64,000 bases of DNA from Candidatus Latescibacterota bacterium (GTDB lineage Bacteria > Latescibacterota > UBA2968 > UBA8231), in NCBI GenBank assembly GCA_965215195.1, contig CBDCDC010000002.1, positions 800,001 to 864,000 on the forward strand. The letters are read 5' to 3'. Each line of letters starts with the position of its first letter. Position 1 is the stretch's first letter. Positions 57,701 through 64,000 of the stretch are shown piece by piece. Position numbers and translations under genes: made by a program. Below the pieces are notes generated by a model that saw only the letters and a program-made list of their open reading frames with translations, was not told where the DNA came from and did no database searches.

Positions 57701-59506
57701 TCAGTTCTCCATCGCCAGCTTGAAGCGAGGTTCCAACCGCTTCATGGCTTCTGCATCGTTGACGCCCACCAAAAGCCCTAAGTCGCGCAGCCGCCGCTCC
57801 AGAATCGTGCGATTCCTTTGCAGCAATTCGTTGGAGATCGTCATTCCCTCCGGGGCAGTATCCACGTGGAATCCATAGCGTTCGCGTAACACTTCGAGAA
57901 ATTCCCTGAACGAGAGGGGGCGGACGCCCGGTTTGTTGCCGCTTTTCAACAAGTGAAGATGCACCAGATAGTCCAGCACCGAATCAGTGAACACGAGGGA
58001 ACGAACGTCGCGTTTCCGGCGCGTTGTGCTGGCGCCTAGACCGCGCGTCGTCGTCCGCCTAGCCGCCAGCCCGTTCGGTCGCCCGGTGAGCAAGCTCGAG
58101 TCAATCATCGACATGAAATTGCTACGAGGCTTCCACCCCATTAGCACCATCAAGCCATCGGCAAGCCGCCAGACCGGGTTTTCTTGGCTGGTATCGTTAT
58201 CCAGAATTTCCGCGGCCTCGGGGTAGCCATCCGCTAGTCCCTCGGCCAGTTTGTCGGCATCGTCTTCTATCCTGTCCAAAATTCTTCGTGCTTGCGGATG
58301 GCGGTCGTGCAGCAAGCCCCCCAATAGATTCAGCCAATCCGTGGCATAAGGTCGGGTAGCAATATCCTCCTTTTTGATTCTTTTATTGTCCCGCGCCCGA
58401 TAGTCCAATAGCCGCAATACCATTAAAAGGACGGGAAAACGCTCCATACGCCGCATGTAGTCGTCCATTGACTGCTCGGCCGCATCCCGAATGCTTCGCT
58501 CAACCCCATTAGAGCAATCCATGAACAAAGGGGCGGGCCGCTGTTCTTCGCGAGCTGGGACAGTGCCGGTCTCCGACCACCGCAACAACAGCTCGACTGC
58601 GCTGGTAAGAATAGTCGTCAGACCTATGGCAATACACGATTCCAGCATCTCTACTAAAGCGTGTCGTGGCATCGGGACTGCATACGAACGCACGAAGCGG
58701 CGAATATCATCGGAGAAATTCCGCGCCGCTTCCTCTGCTATGGGGCGTTGATTGGAGATGGGACCTGCTTCCTTGCCCCGCATCTTGTCGGGTGCCCTAC
58801 CAATCTGCTGAGCGAGTCGGATCATCAACAGTTGGTCCAAGCCAACGGTTTCGTCTTCCTCCTTGAACCGATCCGATGCCAAGTCACTCGAGACCGCTCC
58901 CTCGCGGGTAACGCCTTGGCTGAAGCCATTCAACAAAACGTTCTCCTCGTACTTATTCCCCACAGGAAACCACGTTAGCTTTTTATTTTCGCTCTGTCCG
59001 ACATATTCGCCCTTCTGATCGGCCAGCATGGCAACGATCATTTCGGGAACGTAGCGAAGATCCGACACAGATTGTGGAAGATCTATCCAAGTCGCCATGT
59101 AATGGGCTGGCGCGACCCGCTGGATTTGCTGGTCGCGACCGAGATTGTGCTTGGTATTTTCGAGACAGAAACAGAGTAGTAGATCGCCGAGGATGGACTT
59201 CTCGGTTTCCTCGTCGAAACCATCAAACTCTGCCTTGCCGGACAGTGTCTCCGTGACGCGCTCAATGGTCGCCGATCTCCTTATTTGACTAGGCGAGCTA
59301 TTTTTATCGCCGAAGGTCTTTAGAAAATTTCCACCACCTCTGCGTTGACCAAAGCGGAACATATAAAAAACTGCCGGAAGGACTGCGGAAAGTTCAAACC
59401 CATCAATCGAGACTGGCAGTACTTTGTGATAATTACCCGACCATATTTCTCGGGTCATACCGGGGGACAACACTTCTTCGACGAGTTTGCGGGCATTATC
59501 GGCCAT
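57701..59506 (-). CDS. DndG(DptG)/MAD7-like protein
   Basis: Middle gene of the coupled trio; C-terminal 'FL--LRERYG...LERRLRDLGLL--VNDA' winged-helix-like end. Confidence 0.65.
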   Translation of the reverse strand: MADNARKLVEEVLSPGMTREIWSGNYHKVLPVSIDGFELSAVLPAVFYMFRFGQRRGGGNFLKTFGDKNSSPSQIRRSATIERVTETLSGKAEFDGFDEETEKSILGDLLLCFCLENTKHNLGRDQQIQRVAPAHYMATWIDLPQSVSDLRYVPEMIVAMLADQKGEYVGQSENKKLTWFPVGNKYEENVLLNGFSQGVTREGAVSSDLASDRFKEEDETVGLDQLLMIRLAQQIGRAPDKMRGKEAGPISNQRPIAEEAARNFSDDIRRFVRSYAVPMPRHALVEMLESCIAIGLTTILTSAVELLLRWSETGTVPAREEQRPAPLFMDCSNGVERSIRDAAEQSMDDYMRRMERFPVLLMVLRLLDYRARDNKRIKKEDIATRPYATDWLNLLGGLLHDRHPQARRILDRIEDDADKLAEGLADGYPEAAEILDNDTSQENPVWRLADGLMVLMGWKPRSNFMSMIDSSLLTGRPNGLAARRTTTRGLGASTTRRKRDVRSLVFTDSVLDYLVHLHLLKSGNKPGVRPLSFREFLEVLRERYGFHVDTAPEGMTISNELLQRNRTILERRLRDLGLLVGVNDAEAMKRLEPRFKLAMEN

Positions 59507-62500
59507 TTGTTATCTCCTCCAGTCGCCGAATGATCATCTGTTGCTGAACGCCAGCATCGGCCCCTTCGACGATCTCCGCAGCAACCTCGTAGGTCGCCTC
59601 GTCCTGCATTGGATTCCAAGCCAGCACCGTGCGATCATCCTCGCGCACCAACCGCTGCACAAAGATCGACAAGTGAGCAAAGGTGTCGTCGGTCGAAACA
59701 TCGCCCAACTGATAGCCTTCACTCAGTTCCAAAAGCAGGTGAAACAGATCGGCACCGAGGCGGAGCCGCTCTTCGCCCCCATCCCGATAGCGGTAGATTA
59801 GAAGGGCTTGGCGATGCAGCCGGTCGAGTCCTTCGGCTTCGGCTGGCAGATCAGGTTCAAGCCGAAAGTTGCTCAGTGGCTTCTCCACCCAGAACGCGGT
59901 TTCCGTCGGCGTCCGCGGCGTGATGCGTAGCGGGACCACATCAGGGCGGTCAAGTGCTTGCGGCGGCAGACTTTCCAAGCGCGCAATCCCCTCGCACAGC
60001 CTGCGGCAAAGATCGTCGCGATCACCTTCGGCGATTGGGAGATTGCTGAACTCCCGATAATGCCGCGCTTGGGCCAAGCCGAGGGCGTGAGCATCGCCGA
60101 CAAGCTCATTGAGGTCGTCTGCGGTCCATTCAAAGTAGGCCCGCCGCCGCGCTTCTTTTAGCGTCAACCCCGGATAGTGGGGTGCCCCTTTAGAGGTATC
60201 AACAGAGGGGGTTCGCAGCAGGTGCCGATCAATCTGCGGATGGGCTTCGAGGGCCGGATCAAAGCGAATTAGCTCTTGCAAGACTTCGCCCTGTCGTCCC
60301 GACGACTCCGGCGCAAAGGCGCGTTCCCAATAGGGCAACGGAGCGTCCGCACCGTTGTGATAGTCGCTACAGAAGTGGACGCCGAACAGGATATAGACCA
60401 GTGCGGCCCGCAGCTCGCGGACCGTGATGTGAGTTTCGCCGCGCAGGTGAACGGCTTGCAACATCTCAAACAGCCGCTGCCGAGCGCGTGTACGCTCATC
60501 TTGCGGGGCCATGCCGGGAAGCCCTTGGGGGCCAAATCGCCGCATGGCGCGGCGGACCTCGCAGCGATCTTGGGCCGAACACGTCTCGCAAGGTGCCCAA
60601 TGCTGGGCGGCCTTCTTCCGGCCGTAGAGGCTGTCTAGCAAATCCTCGAGAAAGCCGGTTTCAATGTGCGATTCGCTCGGCACCACGCTTCCAACAAGCG
60701 ACCGTTGATTGAGGCTGATGAAGCGGATGTGTGATTCGGGGGCGGCTTCCTCTCTGTCGAGCAAGCCGTAGAGAGCCTGTGTCAACGGCGTTTCACTTTC
60801 GACTCTCTCAATCCACTCCAAAAGACGCCCATCGTTGATCGCCAGCAGATGGACGATGGCCTCGTCGGGCACGCCCTGTTGAAACGGCTCCAAGAATTCA
60901 TCCAAAAGCTCATCGGCAGAACGTCCCTGCCACGCCGCCGACCCATCGAGATTCATGCGGACGATCAGGCCATCCTCCATCCGATTCTCCAGAATGCGCT
61001 CTGAGGAATTGTGTATGCCAAACCCAAGACGACCGGCAAGGTGCTGGAGCAACGCGGTTTTCCCGTCGCCGGCGTTGCCACACAGGATGACGAGCCGAAC
61101 TTTTCGACGCAGAATGTCGCCATACAGTGCATCTTCGAGCTTGGTTTCAACGTAGGTTTGCGCGGCGAAGTCCGTGTCGAGGCCTCGGGTTTCGCTGTTT
61201 CCCCAGCGAGAGCCGGGGTAGGATTGCAGCAAGAATTGCAGCCAAGGCACTTCGTTCTCACGACGAACAGGAGGTTCCGCTGGTGGCTCGGATTCATCGG
61301 CACTTTCGGCCTCAGTGGCCGCGGGTGGACTCAAAGCAGCCTTTGCTTCGGCCGCAGACGCAAATCGCTGCACCGGGTCGGGATTCGTCGCCTGATCCAG
61401 AAATGCGGCAACGGTCGGGTACGCCGTGCGCTCGACGCCATCCCAATTCAAGCCGCGTTCCTTGGCCCGGCTGCCGTCGTACATAAACGGCTCTTTCTCG
61501 AAAAGCACCTGAAAGAAGCTGGCGGCCAACGCGAAGAAGTCGTCCGCAGGAGCGGCCGGGCGGTCTTTGAGATGAGTATGCGAGCTATACATGACGGTGC
61601 CGGGAGCGGCGACCGGCTCATCGAGCTTGGCTACACAGTCGTAGTCCGTCAAAACAATATCGCCGTTGGCAACGATCATGTTGCGCGGGCTGACGTCGCC
61701 ATGCACCAAGCCGTTGCCATGCAGAACGTCCAACGCAGCGCAAACCGCGTACAGCCAACGCAAAGCTAGTGCTTCCCCGGACTCTTCGTGGAAGTCTTCA
61801 GCAAGGATCGGGAGGACGCCGGCAAGTTCGCTCAAGGGTTCGCCTTCGATCCACCGCATCAATGCAACAAAGCAGTTGTCGCGCCACTCGTCCGCCGTTT
61901 CAAATATGGTCGAAAGCGCGGCCGAATCAGCGAGGTGCGAATGCGCCAAGTTGTACGCCCGCAGAACTCGCTCGCCGGTTCTTTTGTCCCCCACAACCTT
62001 GGCGACGTAGGCACCGAGATCCCCGCCGGTCGCGCCATCGATCCGCACCACCTTGAACGTGGTTCCGACCCCTCCCGAACCGAGACGCGAAACGATCCGG
62101 TAATCCCGGCCGCGAAATTTCACAACCTGATCTTCGGTCCAGAATCGGGCCGGTGGCGCAACGACAGCCGGCGGTTCGCCCAGCAGGGCCGACAATGAGT
62201 CGCGGAGTTTTTCCAATGTAGCTCGCTCCGCCCGATCGTCCGCCTTACCCTCGGCCAGCACCATGCTAGCCTCGTCTCGTTCCGCGAACAGCACGGACAG
62301 ACTGGCGCACAACGAATACACATCGGACTGACGATCCGCCGCCCCAAGGCCCTGTTTGCGAATCTCGGGGGCCACCGCAACGTCCCACTCGTCTTCTTCT
62401 ACCTCGGAGACCGCCACCGTGACGTCTGCGGGAATCCGGGCGTACTGGAGACCCGTCAAGATCGGCGTGTTGTCATGTCTGACGAGAATCGTGCCCGGCG

Positions 62501-63470
62501 TGAGGTTCCGGTGCAGCATGGGTTCGTCGCCCTCGCCCGCTTCGTGCAACTCTGTCAATGCTTCTACTGCTTGCCGAGCAAAGGCTAGTCGCGCCTTCGC
62601 ATCCCACGTATCGTCAGCGGCGCGTTGCGCGAGGCTAGGGGCCGCCGGGTCTGCGACCGTGAAGAACCACATCTCGCCAGCGTATCCCGGTGCCTCTTGA
62701 AATGAATCGACAATGCGCGGTGCCCAAGCTCGAAGTTGCAGCCGGTGCAGTGCGCCAAATTCCCGCCGCGCCCGGTCCTCTGGATTCGGCCGATCGATCG
62801 CCGACACGTCGCAAAGGTGCAGGAGCACGCGATCCCGCCGCTTAGAATGCGTACCCTTGTAGATTCGATGAAGCCGCTCGGCCGCCGGCGTCTGAAGTTC
62901 CAGATTGACATAGCCGGCCAATCGTCTCAGCGCACCGTCCATAACCACGCTGGCCTTTGGGTACAGAGCCTTGCCCAGCATCTTGACCTGCGACGGCGAT
63001 AGAGACGCCGGCGCATTTAGTGCCAAGGCACTTTGCCAAGTTTTCAACGTGTGGAAGCGAACGCCGCGGACTTCCCGCTCCTCAAGAGGCTTGACTTTCG
63101 CCGCATCCTGCGTGACCAAAAATACCCCATCCACCCGGCCGAGATCCGAGATCTTCTGGCGCAAGGTGGTGCCGACCTTGCGCGCCTTGTTCGTTACGCG
63201 CTCGGCTTCGCGTTCCACAAGTTCGGTATTCTGCTTCACCCAAGTCGCGTTCCAGTGTTTGACCTCAATGACCCGAACTCCAGGCGGGCCGATGGCGACA
63301 ATGTCGATTTCATCTGATTGGCGTCGATGAGTGGTGGAAAACGCGAGGTTGGTCAGCAGCAACCACTCGCCATCGCCCAACTCGGAAATCAAGCCCGTCT
63401 TGAGCCGCTCAAAGGCCCGCCGCTCGCTCTCGTTGACGGCCGGACCACAGCTAATAAGGGTAACTTTCAT
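59496..63470 (-). CDS. NERD + pseudokinase + Ser/Thr kinase + DndF-like P-loop protein (MAD6-like)
   Basis: EIDIV...IEVKHW (NERD); HRNL-P; LGSGGVG, VAK, HGDVSPRN, LTDYD; LCGNAGDGKT, AINDGRL, CETC----RC. Confidence 0.82.
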   Translation of the reverse strand: MKVTLISCGPAVNESERRAFERLKTGLISELGDGEWLLLTNLAFSTTHRRQSDEIDIVAIGPPGVRVIEVKHWNATWVKQNTELVEREAERVTNKARKVGTTLRQKISDLGRVDGVFLVTQDAAKVKPLEEREVRGVRFHTLKTWQSALALNAPASLSPSQVKMLGKALYPKASVVMDGALRRLAGYVNLELQTPAAERLHRIYKGTHSKRRDRVLLHLCDVSAIDRPNPEDRARREFGALHRLQLRAWAPRIVDSFQEAPGYAGEMWFFTVADPAAPSLAQRAADDTWDAKARLAFARQAVEALTELHEAGEGDEPMLHRNLTPGTILVRHDNTPILTGLQYARIPADVTVAVSEVEEDEWDVAVAPEIRKQGLGAADRQSDVYSLCASLSVLFAERDEASMVLAEGKADDRAERATLEKLRDSLSALLGEPPAVVAPPARFWTEDQVVKFRGRDYRIVSRLGSGGVGTTFKVVRIDGATGGDLGAYVAKVVGDKRTGERVLRAYNLAHSHLADSAALSTIFETADEWRDNCFVALMRWIEGEPLSELAGVLPILAEDFHEESGEALALRWLYAVCAALDVLHGNGLVHGDVSPRNMIVANGDIVLTDYDCVAKLDEPVAAPGTVMYSSHTHLKDRPAAPADDFFALAASFFQVLFEKEPFMYDGSRAKERGLNWDGVERTAYPTVAAFLDQATNPDPVQRFASAAEAKAALSPPAATEAESADESEPPAEPPVRRENEVPWLQFLLQSYPGSRWGNSETRGLDTDFAAQTYVETKLEDALYGDILRRKVRLVILCGNAGDGKTALLQHLAGRLGFGIHNSSERILENRMEDGLIVRMNLDGSAAWQGRSADELLDEFLEPFQQGVPDEAIVHLLAINDGRLLEWIERVESETPLTQALYGLLDREEAAPESHIRFISLNQRSLVGSVVPSESHIETGFLEDLLDSLYGRKKAAQHWAPCETCSAQDRCEVRRAMRRFGPQGLPGMAPQDERTRARQRLFEMLQAVHLRGETHITVRELRAALVYILFGVHFCSDYHNGADAPLPYWERAFAPESSGRQGEVLQELIRFDPALEAHPQIDRHLLRTPSVDTSKGAPHYPGLTLKEARRRAYFEWTADDLNELVGDAHALGLAQARHYREFSNLPIAEGDRDDLCRRLCEGIARLESLPPQALDRPDVVPLRITPRTPTETAFWVEKPLSNFRLEPDLPAEAEGLDRLHRQALLIYRYRDGGEERLRLGADLFHLLLELSEGYQLGDVSTDDTFAHLSIFVQRLVREDDRTVLAWNPMQDEATYEVAAEIVEGADAGVQQQMIIRRLEEITNGR

Positions 63471-63515
63471 CGGTCGTCGCCTTCCATGAGCACTTAAAAA
63501 AACGCTATCTGTTCC

Positions 63516-64000
63516 CTACCCCACGCGATACTTCTCCACGGCCTCCACATCCAGCTCAACGCCCAGCCCGGGCGCGTCCGGCACGGCCACGAAGCCATCA
63601 ACCGGCGTCAGCGCACCGCCGATTAGGTCGTTCTCGCGGGTAAAGTGCAGGCTGTCCGAGGGAATGGTCGCATTGGGAACGGTCGCGTGGACGTGCGTGC
63701 CATAGGCCCCGGACACGCCCAGCCCCAACCCCACGACCTGCAACCAGACCGGCATCCCGGCCGCCGCAGCCATGCCAGCGCAGATCTGTACGCGCTCGAC
63801 ATGGCCGCCCAGATTGAAGCAATCGGCCGCCTCGGCGCGGATCGCGCTCAGCACCATCTGGGGATCGCCTAAATGGGGCGCGAGCCGGATGCGGGTGTGG
63901 CGGCGAAAGTCGCGGTACTGGTGCCAGCCCGGCAAGTACTGGAAAGGATCCTCAAATGCCTCAATGTGATACGGCTCTAATGACTCGGCCAGCCGCAGGC
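63516..64000 (-). CDS. Mandelate racemase/muconate lactonizing enzyme family protein (C-terminal part)
   Basis: 'FEDP' near the window end and 'VPDAPGLGVELD' C-terminal motif; 5' part lies outside the window. Confidence 0.8.
   Translation of the reverse strand, partial: LRLAESLEPYHIEAFEDPFQYLPGWHQYRDFRRHTRIRLAPHLGDPQMVLSAIRAEAADCFNLGGHVERVQICAGMAAAAGMPVWLQVVGLGLGVSGAYGTHVHATVPNATIPSDSLHFTRENDLIGGALTPVDGFVAVPDAPGLGVELDVEAVEKYRVG

Noticed and set aside
50343-63470. tRNA-Lys as the integration site of the defence module
   Set aside because: The module lies on the tRNA's 5' side beyond a host-like gene. I saw no integrase and no duplicated tRNA 3' end.

Overview
A GC-rich bacterial chromosomal segment. 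The FlgD-Ig-tailed secreted protein and the many Gfo/Idh/MocA, enolase-family, SDR and PhyH enzymes suggest a Latescibacterota/Gemmatimonadota-like organism, possibly host-associated; this is inference only. From left to right it holds surface-polysaccharide and heptose genes, then groES-groEL with a sigma-54-type promoter and a His-tailed GroEL. Next is a ~12 kb partly duplicated metal-uptake island: ZIP x2, permease x2, COG0523 GTPase, WD40, TonB-dependent receptor, His/acidic lipoprotein x2, and two small membrane ORFs ending in RGPP, each followed by a conserved multi-hairpin leader. After that come a 6S-like RNA candidate, sugar and redox enzymes, a YgiT zinc-finger/HEPN-like fusion, a polysaccharide operon, ispG, an orphan m4C-type DNA methyltransferase, a patch of scrambled toxin-antitoxin fragments and tRNA-Lys. 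A ~10.7 kb three-gene defence module lies near the right end: a NERD-kinase-P-loop protein, a DndG/MAD7-like protein and a nuclease-ATPase. It resembles the effector half of MADS or DndFGH but has no adjacent modification or specificity genes. The two best candidates for new biology are the arrest-peptide-controlled metal island and this orphan kinase defence module. All family assignments come from motif recognition; no database searches were run.
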